From Nitrospiraceae bacterium (GTDB lineage Bacteria; Nitrospirota; Thermodesulfovibrionia; Thermodesulfovibrionales; UBA6898): a stretch of 64,000 nucleotides of DNA. The translations under genes and the position numbers were made by a program. Every line of letters starts with the position of its first letter. The stretch's first letter is position 1. Of this stretch, positions 1 through 7,563 are shown one piece after another. Where the stretch lies: positions 1,190,055 through 1,254,054 of the forward strand of contig CP070737.1 in NCBI GenBank assembly GCA_020347665.1, read 5' to 3'. The notes below the pieces were generated by a model that had not been told where the DNA came from, did no database searches, and saw only the letters and a program-made list of their open reading frames with translations.

Positions 1-1
1 G

Positions 2-601
2 ATGGGTGGTATTATTGCTGTAAAGCGCGGCCAAGCCCATATGGCAGGCACACACCTCCTGGATGAAGAAACAGGAGAATATAATCTGCCGTTCATTAAG
101 AGAATGCTGACGGGAATGAATATAATGGTCATGAATTTTGTGTGCAGGCAGCAGGGACTTATCGTACAGAAAGGCAACCCCAAAAGAATACAGCATGCTC
201 AGGATTTAACACGAGACAATATCGTTTTTATAAACAGACAGCGGGGAGCTGGCACCCGATTGCTGACCGACAGTTGCCTGAAAAAGCATGATATCTCGTC
301 CGAAGATATCAACGGATACGAGAGGGAAGAATACACTCATATGGGAGTTGCTTCAGCCGTGCTTTCCGGCGTTGCAGATGCCGGGATGGGAATTCTGGCT
401 GCGGCACGGGCTCTTGATCTCGATTTTATCCCGGTAGCGCGTGAACGCTATGATCTTGTCATTGTTAAGGACTATCTGGATACTGAAGCGATACGTGCAC
501 TGCTCGGCGTGATCACCGGGGAGGACGAATTGAGAGTAATGGTAAAGAACCTCGGTGGCTATGATATTCCGGATATGGGAAAGATTTTATATGAATCATA
601 A
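2..601 (+). CDS. 3' part of a gene (5' end outside window) encoding a PBP-like solute-binding domain of the kind fused to MoeA-type molybdopterin molybdotransferases or ModE-like regulators
   Basis: Frame is open to the window edge. Motifs NRQRGAGTR, GYEREEYTHMGVA, ADAGMGI and LDFIPV..ERYDLVI are recalled from that domain family. No search run. Confidence 0.55.
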   Translation: MGGIIAVKRGQAHMAGTHLLDEETGEYNLPFIKRMLTGMNIMVMNFVCRQQGLIVQKGNPKRIQHAQDLTRDNIVFINRQRGAGTRLLTDSCLKKHDISSEDINGYEREEYTHMGVASAVLSGVADAGMGILAAARALDLDFIPVARERYDLVIVKDYLDTEAIRALLGVITGEDELRVMVKNLGGYDIPDMGKILYES

Positions 602-2087
602 GTCACTGGTATTTTCCCTTCAGGTGAAATTAATGTCTCCATCAACTGATGACAAGGATGGAGATGCGGACAGGCTCAGGAATGGTCTTAAAGAAATCGG
701 AATCCATAATGTAGAGATCCCTCTTCATATTTTGAGAAGACTGCCAGATGCCCTTCGCGAAAGTAGTTTTGAAGTCAAGCCAATATTAGGCGCGCAGGGT
801 CAAGGCTATAGACTTATAGATATGAAAAAAAAGTCATTATATGGTATTGCCCTGGATATCGGAACAACAAATATGTCATGTTCACTGTTTGACCTTGATG
901 CATGCAAAAAGGTTGATACATATGACATCGAAAACCCCCAGCTCTGCTATGGAACAGATATCCTTGCACGGGTACAGAGATCCATGATCGAAGATTCTGG
1001 CGGCTTGACAGACAGTCTTATCGAAGGAATTAATGTTTTGATAAACACGATCTGTGAAAGAAACAGCATGGGGTCTGATGAGGTATGCTGCCTGGTAGTT
1101 TCCGGTAATACTATAATGTCCCATTATTTTCTTGGGCTTGATGTAAGGAATATACCTGTTACACCGTTTATCCCTTCCATAAACGGTCCTGTTTTCACGA
1201 GCGCAGGGGAGACAGGAATAAAGATTTATAAGGAAGCGTCTGTATATGTTTTCCCAAATTCAGGAAGCTATGTGGGAGGTGACATCATCAGCGGCATTCT
1301 CTGCTCTGGAATACAGAAAGAGGAAGAACCGGCACTATTTATTGATGTGGGTACAAATGTAGAGCTGGTTCTGGGATGCCGGGATTGGATTGTAGTCGGT
1401 GCAGGGGCTGCCGGCCCCGCACTTGAGGACGGGGTTGCAGGAATCGGCAAAAAGGCTGAAAAAGGGAGCATCTTTGGGATTACGATATACCGGGACACGA
1501 AAACAGCCGCCCTCAGGGTAATCGGGGATGCGGAACCGGAAGGGATTTGCGGGTCCGGTATGATCGACCTGGTCGCTGAACTATTTTCTGCAGGGATCAT
1601 TGATCAGGCAGGGAAGTTCGTGGATTCTGGAGGAGGGATAAAAGAAAATAACGGAGAAAAGGTTTATATGCTCTCTGAAACTCGGGGCAAAGAGCTGGTT
1701 ATCTCAGAAAAGGAAGTTCAGAATTTTCTCCGCTCTAAGGCAGCCATGTTTGCCTTTCTGTATGTATTCGTGAAAGCAGTTGGCATGAGATTGAGAGAGA
1801 TAAAAAAGGTGTTTGTCGGAGGATCAATGGGCTGCGGTATTAACCTTGAAAATGCGATAAAGATAGGGATGCTTCCAGACCTGCCGAGGGAACGGTTTAT
1901 ACCGGTGGGTAATTCGTCGCTTTGTGGTGCTGAAATGGTATTGTGTAACCGTAATGTGCTGGACGAAATTGAAAATATACGATCAAAAATCACATATCGT
2001 GAAATGGGTGAAGACCCTGAACTTCTTAATGTGTTACAGGCAGGACTTTTTATCCCTCATACGGAACCTGAAATTTTGAGGGGATGA
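555..2087 (+). CDS. ASKHA-fold ATPase of the DUF4445 / RACo C-terminal-domain family (corrinoid-activase-like), without the N-terminal 2Fe-2S ferredoxin domain
   Basis: Motifs GIALDIGTTN, VSGNT, FIDVGTNVELV and GICGSGMIDLV. No Cys cluster in the first ~100 aa. The true start is more likely ATG 591 or ATG 633, because 555 overlaps the upstream gene by 47 nt. Confidence 0.6.
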   Translation: MAMIFRIWERFYMNHKSLVFSLQVKLMSPSTDDKDGDADRLRNGLKEIGIHNVEIPLHILRRLPDALRESSFEVKPILGAQGQGYRLIDMKKKSLYGIALDIGTTNMSCSLFDLDACKKVDTYDIENPQLCYGTDILARVQRSMIEDSGGLTDSLIEGINVLINTICERNSMGSDEVCCLVVSGNTIMSHYFLGLDVRNIPVTPFIPSINGPVFTSAGETGIKIYKEASVYVFPNSGSYVGGDIISGILCSGIQKEEEPALFIDVGTNVELVLGCRDWIVVGAGAAGPALEDGVAGIGKKAEKGSIFGITIYRDTKTAALRVIGDAEPEGICGSGMIDLVAELFSAGIIDQAGKFVDSGGGIKENNGEKVYMLSETRGKELVISEKEVQNFLRSKAAMFAFLYVFVKAVGMRLREIKKVFVGGSMGCGINLENAIKIGMLPDLPRERFIPVGNSSLCGAEMVLCNRNVLDEIENIRSKITYREMGEDPELLNVLQAGLFIPHTEPEILRG

Positions 2088-2095
2088 GATATGTT

Positions 2096-2125
2096 TTCCG
2101 ATGTTCGGAAACAGCTTTTGTTTTG
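2096..2125 (+). terminator. weak Rho-independent terminator candidate after the ASKHA gene
   Basis: Hairpin TTCCGA-tgt-TCGGAA (2096-2110) followed by a T-rich run cagcTTTTgTTTTg. Confidence 0.35.
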
Positions 2126-2206
2126 TGAGGAAAAGTCCTTCATAATATATTCATAATTATGCATTAGCATAAATTCGAGAAAATTATCTCACCGAGAGAT
2201 TTATTT

Positions 2207-2662
2207 ATGGGAAAGAAAGATAAAAATAAAAAGGGAAAGCAAGCAAAGAAAAACACCGGCACGGTTATCTGGATCATTGGTGCAATTGCCATATTCGCTG
2301 TTATCGTGCTGGTAACAGGGAACTTCCCGTTTGGCGGGGTGGACGAACAGAAAGGCAGGTCATTCTCTGTGCAGGGAGGAGAAACGCGTCCAACACTTTC
2401 ACCGTCATTGTTCACGGGGAAGACCATGGCGGCATATGCCATTGCCAAGAAATACCCGGAAATACTTGACCAGGTATATTGTTATTGCTACTGTGACGAC
2501 CCTCCTTTTCATCATAAGAGTCTTTTGAGCTGTTTTGTTGATCGGCACGCTGCTGCTTGAAACCTCTGACAGGACGAAGCCCTAGCGGTCGCTAGGCTCA
2601 TTAAGCAGGGGAAGAAAATCAACGAAATTAAATCTGTAATAGACAGGGAATTCGGCCGGTAA
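2207..2662 (+). CDS. membrane-anchored CYCxC / PCYCGC-motif family protein, candidate selenoprotein with two in-frame UGA (Sec) codons at 2558-2560 and 2567-2569 (U-N-L-U); conceptual product 151 aa
   Basis: The ORF track stops at TGA 2558. The same frame continues N-L-TGA and then 31 sense codons (QDEALAVARLIKQGKKINEIKSVIDREFGR) to TAA 2660-2662. N-terminal K-rich segment plus one TM helix, then YCYCYCDDPPFHHKSLLSCF..RH. The two TGAs fall where I recall the family CxxC. A SECIS-like hairpin lies at 2578-2598. Confidence 0.65.
2578..2598 (+). promoter_or_regulatory. bacterial SECIS-like stem-loop inside the extended ORF
   Basis: AG(C-bulge)CCTAGC-GGTC-GCTAGGCT: 6 contiguous bp plus 2 bp beyond a single 5' bulge, with an apical GGUC loop. 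The core stem begins 11 nt after the second TGA. No T-tract follows. Confidence 0.55.
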
Positions 2663-2902
2663 TTTTTCTGCGGGCTGATATCTTAGGGAGATACTTTAGG
2701 TCATTAATATAACCAATTGTTATTAAAATGATTTATTGTGGTTCGCATTGTCTCACACGGGCATTCTTTCTTCCCGGAACCTGCTGAATATTTAATCTTC
2801 TTCGTTTTCCAGCGCCCGTTGCATATCTCATCTTTGTAGCTATGGCTTTTCTTTTTTCCTTTTTTCCCATAGAATATTTTTTTGAGCACGACAAGAACAG
2901 GT

Positions 2903-3610
2903 ATGGGCGGCAATTCAGAAATATCATTGCAATTAAGCGCATTTGATCAAAAAAGGCTGTATCTAATTTTTGAAGACGCGCGTACGATGAAATTGACAGA
3001 AGACACGATTGAGAATTTGGCCAGTCAGTACCGGGCAGACACCGCAAAAATACCGCCTGAAATAAAGAAAGCTGCTGATTTTCAGCTCTGTTCCCTCTGT
3101 CCTGGAAAAAACACTGACGGATTATGTTTTGCCCTGCAACCGGTATTACCGTTCATCAATGATATTGATAAATACGTTTCGTACGACAAAGTTACCGCTA
3201 TTTACAGAGACGATGAAGCATTACTGCATGTTGCATATTCTACGATGCAGGAGGCGCTTCAGTACATTTCGATTCTCGGCCTTATCCATTACTGCAGAGT
3301 CGGGAGACAATACCGGAAATACTTTATTGGCGTGGTTCCCATTGCAGGGAGTGAAGAAACGGTTCGGAGGATATATTTGAACATGTATTGGATACATAAA
3401 GGAAATCAGAATGAGATACATAGTCTGATTGAACGATTCAAAAGCGATATTGTTTCAACCAGTGCCAATCAGATAAAAAGATTGCAACTTCTCTGCAAGA
3501 ATGATGCATTTATCAATACGTTCTATAACGCGCAGGTTGCTACCGAAATCCTCTCTATGGATATGGAGAGCGCACTTAAACAATTATTCTCTGCTTCTGA
3601 CACTGAATAA
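2903..3610 (+). CDS. hypothetical protein, family not recognised
   Basis: Long ORF (track start TTG 2882; first ATG 2903) with protein-like composition. Contains CSLCPGKNTDGLC. No motif I can assign. Confidence 0.45.
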   Translation: MGGNSEISLQLSAFDQKRLYLIFEDARTMKLTEDTIENLASQYRADTAKIPPEIKKAADFQLCSLCPGKNTDGLCFALQPVLPFINDIDKYVSYDKVTAIYRDDEALLHVAYSTMQEALQYISILGLIHYCRVGRQYRKYFIGVVPIAGSEETVRRIYLNMYWIHKGNQNEIHSLIERFKSDIVSTSANQIKRLQLLCKNDAFINTFYNAQVATEILSMDMESALKQLFSASDTE

Positions 3611-3615
3611 CTATT

Positions 3616-4146
3616 TCAGGCGGCCTCTTCTCTCGTGAGCTCTTTAATGGTTGGCAGTTCTGTCAGGTCTTTCAGACCAAAATACTGAAGAAATTCGCGG
3701 GTGGTGCCGTACAGAAGGGGTTTCCCGGGCGCCTCTTTTCTTCCCATTATTTTTATCAGTCGTCTATCAAGTAACGTCTTGATGACACCATCTGAATTAA
3801 CACCTCGGATCTGCTCGATTTCTGCCTTAATAATTGGCTGCTTGTATGCTATGATGGCGAGCGTTTCAAGCGCTGGCATTGACAGTTTGCTGGAGGCCGC
3901 AGTACTCTTGAACTTTTTGAGCCATTCTGCATAAGCCGAATTGGTCACGATCTGATACCCGTTAGCTATTTCTATGATGAAAAGTCCACCATTCTTTTCC
4001 TTGTATTCGCTCATCAGGTCATTGAGCAGATTCCTGAGTTCAGGTTCACTGAATTCTGTAATATTCTTTAAGGTCTGGAGTGTTACCGGTTCTCCAGATA
4101 TAAAAAGTAGGGCTTCGATGAGGGCTTTCTTTTCTTTGATGTCCAT
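3616..4146 (-). CDS. scpB: SMC-Scp complex subunit ScpB (segregation and condensation protein B)
   Basis: IEALLFISGEPVTL, LETLAIIAYKQPI and IRGVNSDGVIKTLLDRRLI are typical ScpB winged-helix signatures. No scpA is adjacent. Confidence 0.85.
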   Translation of the reverse strand: MDIKEKKALIEALLFISGEPVTLQTLKNITEFSEPELRNLLNDLMSEYKEKNGGLFIIEIANGYQIVTNSAYAEWLKKFKSTAASSKLSMPALETLAIIAYKQPIIKAEIEQIRGVNSDGVIKTLLDRRLIKIMGRKEAPGKPLLYGTTREFLQYFGLKDLTELPTIKELTREEAA

Positions 4147-4300
4147 AGAAGGTAAAAATATTGTAATGAAAACCCTCTAAAAAAACAATTAATTTCAGAA
4201 AGAAAAGACGCGACAATTGAAAAGACGTTTCTTGAAATAAATAAAACAAAGGATTACAATCAATAGCACAAACTTCAGTCTCTGAGATAAGGGGGTAGTT

Positions 4301-4459
4301 ATGGAAAAGTGGAAATGTACGGTGTGCGGTTATGTTTACGATCCGACGGTGGGTGATCCTGACGGAGGAATTGCTCCGGGTACTAAGTTTGAAAATATCC
4401 CTGATGAGTGGGTCTGTCCTATCTGCGGTGCAGGCAAGGATATGTTTGAAAAAGAGTAA
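4301..4459 (+). CDS. rubredoxin (52 aa), absent from the ORF track because it is under 60 aa
   Basis: [52 protein letters not shown]. It has both CxxCG knuckles and the conserved YDP, GDP and F..P..W residues. A GGGGG Shine-Dalgarno lies 5 nt upstream. Confidence 0.92.
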   Translation: MEKWKCTVCGYVYDPTVGDPDGGIAPGTKFENIPDEWVCPICGAGKDMFEKE

Positions 4460-4627
4460 TCACGGCAGAGAATCGAAAAGGAGCCCCTCGGAACTCTCAG
4501 TATTATTGTATGCTATAAAAAGGCGGTTCTGCAGGCCTGTATCAGGGAAGCAGATATATACATGCACGGATTTTTTTTATTGAGTTCTGATGCGCAGCGC
4601 AGAAACAGAGTGTGCGTGGTACGGGGC

Positions 4628-5431
4628 TTACTTTAATCCAAGAACATCCTGCATATCATAGAGACCTTCAGGCTTGTCTTTAAGCCACAAAGCCGCCTTT
4701 AATGCGCCTCTGGCAAACGTATCTCTGCTTGATGCCTTGTGCGTTATCTCTATCCGTTCGCCAAGACCGCCGAACAATACCGTATGTTCCCCAACAATGT
4801 CGCCGGCCCGCACAGTCTGAATGCCGATCTCATTCTGCGGTCTGGCGCCGATTATACCTTTCCGTCCATAATTGGCAACTTCTTCCAGATTTCTGTTCAC
4901 AGCATCTGCGATAACCTGGGCCATCTTCATGGCTGTACCGCTGGGAGCATCTTTCTTCTGCCTGTGATGGGCTTCAATGATTTCTATATCATAGTCGTCC
5001 CCGAGGATCCGCGTGATGTCTCCGAGCACTTTCAGCAGCAGGTTCACCCCAAGGCTCATATTCGATGCCATGACACAGGGAATGCGGGTAACGAACGGCT
5101 CTATATCAATGAGATCATTTTTGGAGAACCCTGTTGTGCCTATTACGATTGCCCGACCGGCATCAGCTGATACACGGAGGTTCCTCTTGGTTGACTCAAC
5201 AGACGTAAAGTCGACGATGAGATCTACCTTTTCAATCACGTCATCGATTTTTTCGGACAGCGGTATCCCCACAGTACCGGTACCAACGAGGGTGCCGATA
5301 TCAGTGCCGATATCTTTATGCCCCTTTTTTTCAAAAGCACCGGCCAATTGAAGACCCTCATATTCTTTTGAAAGAACAGTTATCCTTCTTCCCATTTTAC
5401 CGGCAGCCCCAGCTATGCCTATTTTTACCAT
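4628..5431 (-). CDS. dapB: 4-hydroxy-tetrahydrodipicolinate reductase
   Basis: MVKIGIAGAAGKMGR NAD(P) fold and EAHHRQKKDAPSGTA catalytic motif. Start moved to ATG 5431, which has GGAGGA 4 nt upstream. The track start at 5458 overlaps the yacG stop. Confidence 0.9.
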   Translation of the reverse strand: MVKIGIAGAAGKMGRRITVLSKEYEGLQLAGAFEKKGHKDIGTDIGTLVGTGTVGIPLSEKIDDVIEKVDLIVDFTSVESTKRNLRVSADAGRAIVIGTTGFSKNDLIDIEPFVTRIPCVMASNMSLGVNLLLKVLGDITRILGDDYDIEIIEAHHRQKKDAPSGTAMKMAQVIADAVNRNLEEVANYGRKGIIGARPQNEIGIQTVRAGDIVGEHTVLFGGLGERIEITHKASSRDTFARGALKAALWLKDKPEGLYDMQDVLGLK

Positions 5432-5454
5432 GATATCCTCCGTTTTACTGAAAA

Positions 5455-5634
5455 TCATGTATCTTTGGTATTATCGGTTTCATCTTCGCTTTCTTCCTTT
5501 TTGCCGGCTATCCGATATTCTTCTGATGCCCAAGCCCCAAGATCAAGCAGTTTGCATCGCTCGGAACAAAACGGCCTCCAGGGGTTTTCTTCCCATGTCG
5601 TAATTTTCTTGCACATCGGACAGGTAATCCGCAT
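5455..5634 (-). CDS. yacG: DNA gyrase inhibitor YacG-type zinc finger protein (59 aa), absent from the ORF track
   Basis: Hand translation gives [44 protein letters not shown]..., matching the YacG pattern CPxC..W..NP.RPFCS.RC...DLG.W..E.Y.I. Confidence 0.8.
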   Translation of the reverse strand: MRITCPMCKKITTWEENPWRPFCSERCKLLDLGAWASEEYRIAGKKEESEDETDNTKDT

Positions 5635-5641
5635 ATCAATC

Positions 5642-6172
5642 CTATGTTACATTGTGAATTGTTTTCCCATCTTTTTTCAATATATTCTTGATAAGGATGT
5701 CTGCGACAACGCCGTTCGTAAAGCCGGTTAACACGCCAATGAATATGACGAGAGGGCTGATAATCAGAATCGCCTCTATCCTCTGAATAAACAGAAAATA
5801 GGCCAACGTAAGCTGGGCTATATTATGGAATAATGCTCCGATCAGACTGAGTCCCACCGGCCCGAACAGATTTCTCTGGACGACATATATGAGCCCCATA
5901 GCAGCGGTGCTGCTGACACCGCCGCTGAAACTCAACAGAAATGCGGGTCCCAGAAACGTTCCCGTGAAAATCGAAGCCAGGATCACCCGAATCAGGGTAA
6001 CCGACATCGCTGTACTAAAGCCGAACAGAGTCAATGCAACCAGGGTTATGATATTTGCAAGACCGAGCCTGAGCCACGGTATGGGGGTCGGGAGAAGATA
6101 TTCAAAACCATGTAATGCAAGAGCGTACGCCGCAAGGACTGCAATTCGATATTTATCCTGAGATTGCATCAA
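5642..6172 (-). CDS. Gx transporter family membrane protein (heptaprenyl-diphosphate-synthase-component-I-like fold)
   Basis: Polytopic protein of ~5 TM with [25 protein letters not shown] near the N-terminus. Sits in the usual context beside a NusG-II protein and ApbE. Confidence 0.65.
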   Translation of the reverse strand: MMQSQDKYRIAVLAAYALALHGFEYLLPTPIPWLRLGLANIITLVALTLFGFSTAMSVTLIRVILASIFTGTFLGPAFLLSFSGGVSSTAAMGLIYVVQRNLFGPVGLSLIGALFHNIAQLTLAYFLFIQRIEAILIISPLVIFIGVLTGFTNGVVADILIKNILKKDGKTIHNVT

Positions 6173-6539
6173 GCTCTTTTTCAGAATAAGGCATACCCTG
6201 TCCGACTAAAATGACCGTTTTATTCGGCAAGCAGATAATGGCACCCTTTGCTATCCATCCCTGACTGACACAAAATTTCTTTGGACAGTCCGATTCGCTC
6301 ACTCGAACTTTTTCATCATTTATTTCGATTATCATATTCCCGTCTGGTGTAGAAACAGGCACGATCCTGTCAATATCAAGAGGGAAGGTATATGCCAGCG
6401 ACCCGTCAATTTCAATATTGACATAGGCGCCTTGTGGGATGGCTTCCTGGACAATGACCATTCCTGCAATAGAAAATGTAATCAAAACAACAAAAAGCAC
6501 TCTATCAGCAATGGTCATATTTTTAATCGATTTTTTCAA
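6153..6539 (-). CDS. NusG domain II-containing protein (DUF1312), N-terminally membrane anchored
   Basis: The segment ..CPKKFCVSQGWIAKGAIICLPNKTVILV is characteristic. One N-terminal TM helix. Confidence 0.7.
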   Translation of the reverse strand: MKKSIKNMTIADRVLFVVLITFSIAGMVIVQEAIPQGAYVNIEIDGSLAYTFPLDIDRIVPVSTPDGNMIIEINDEKVRVSESDCPKKFCVSQGWIAKGAIICLPNKTVILVGQGMPYSEKELDAISG

Positions 6540-7563
6540 AATTCAGCTTGCCCTTTAAGGCTTCTGTAGTATATATGGTTCCGTTATTGTCTATAATAAC
6601 AGCTTCCATATTCATTTTTTTTATAAGATCCATTCCTTTCTCTGGACCAAGTACGAATACGGCAGTTGAAAATGCATCGGCGAAAACTCCTTTATCTGCA
6701 ATAATACTGACACTGCGACATGTCGTGGCGGGGAATCCCGTTCCCGGATTCAGGAGATGATGGTACCGCACGCCGTCCTGGATAAAAAATCTTTCATAAT
6801 CGCCTGAAGTAGATATTGCCTTGTCAGTCAATTGCATCTTTGCTATGATTTCATCGGATCGATTTTTTTGTCTCGGATTTCTTATTCCGATATTCCAGGG
6901 TTTCCCACCGGGTTTTGAACCGAAAGCTCTGATATCACCGGCTATTGCCACAAGACCGGATGATATGCCATTCTTTTTCAGGACATCAACTGCTATGTCA
7001 GTTGCATACCCTTTGGCAATACCACCGAGATCCAACAACATATTTTTCTCCTTAAGCATAACCACGTCCCTGTCTTTATCGATACTGACATGCCTGTAAT
7101 TAACCAAAGGCAGCCGACTTTTGATGTCCTCCGGGCGTGGTTTCACTGGATTGTGAAAATTCCACAGTTGCATAAGGGGTCCAATTGTTGGATCAAATGC
7201 CCCACTTGATGCATCAGCTACGAACACAGCCTTATCAATAATATCAAGTGTTTCAGTGGAGACGGAAACGCCTTCTGTTCCAGCACTCCTGTTTATCATC
7301 GCAAGTTCACTTTTATCTGAGTAGAAATTAATACGGTTTCCAAATGATTCGATGGCAGCAAAAGCCTGTTCAATCGCTTCCCGACTGCTTTGTTCAGATT
7401 CAGAGACAACCGTCATGCTCACATAGGTATCCATCATCGCCCTGCTTTTCTTGTATAGGGCTGGTCTGCTATCGATGCAGGCACCGGGAAAAACGGAATA
7501 GAAAGCTAAACATATAAACACGGTCAAAGTTTTCTTTCCGGACACTTTGGAAATAACACTCAT
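6523..7563 (-). CDS. apbE: FAD:protein FMN transferase (ApbE family), lipoprotein-type signal
   Basis: MDTYVSMTV, FDPTIGPL, LDLGGIAKGYA, STSGDYERF and HHLLNPGTG motifs. Signal peptide ending FPGAC. Confidence 0.85.
   Translation of the reverse strand: MSVISKVSGKKTLTVFICLAFYSVFPGACIDSRPALYKKSRAMMDTYVSMTVVSESEQSSREAIEQAFAAIESFGNRINFYSDKSELAMINRSAGTEGVSVSTETLDIIDKAVFVADASSGAFDPTIGPLMQLWNFHNPVKPRPEDIKSRLPLVNYRHVSIDKDRDVVMLKEKNMLLDLGGIAKGYATDIAVDVLKKNGISSGLVAIAGDIRAFGSKPGGKPWNIGIRNPRQKNRSDEIIAKMQLTDKAISTSGDYERFFIQDGVRYHHLLNPGTGFPATTCRSVSIIADKGVFADAFSTAVFVLGPEKGMDLIKKMNMEAVIIDNNGTIYTTEALKGKLNFEKID

Noticed and set aside
2558-2569. Possibility that the TGAs in the CYCxC gene reflect a reassigned genetic code (TGA as Trp or Gly) rather than selenocysteine
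   Set aside because: Many well-recognised genes in the window end at TGA exactly where their families end (ASKHA gene 2085-2087, uvrA 7560-7562, ubiA-like 14878-14880, tamB 58859-58861). TGA is therefore a normal stop here.
2704-3047. Two overlapping minus-strand ORFs, including a very basic peptide MGKKEKRKAIATKMRYATGAGKRRRL...
   Set aside because: They derive from A/T-rich low-complexity spacer and overlap the start of the plus-strand hypothetical. There is no Shine-Dalgarno and no family resemblance.
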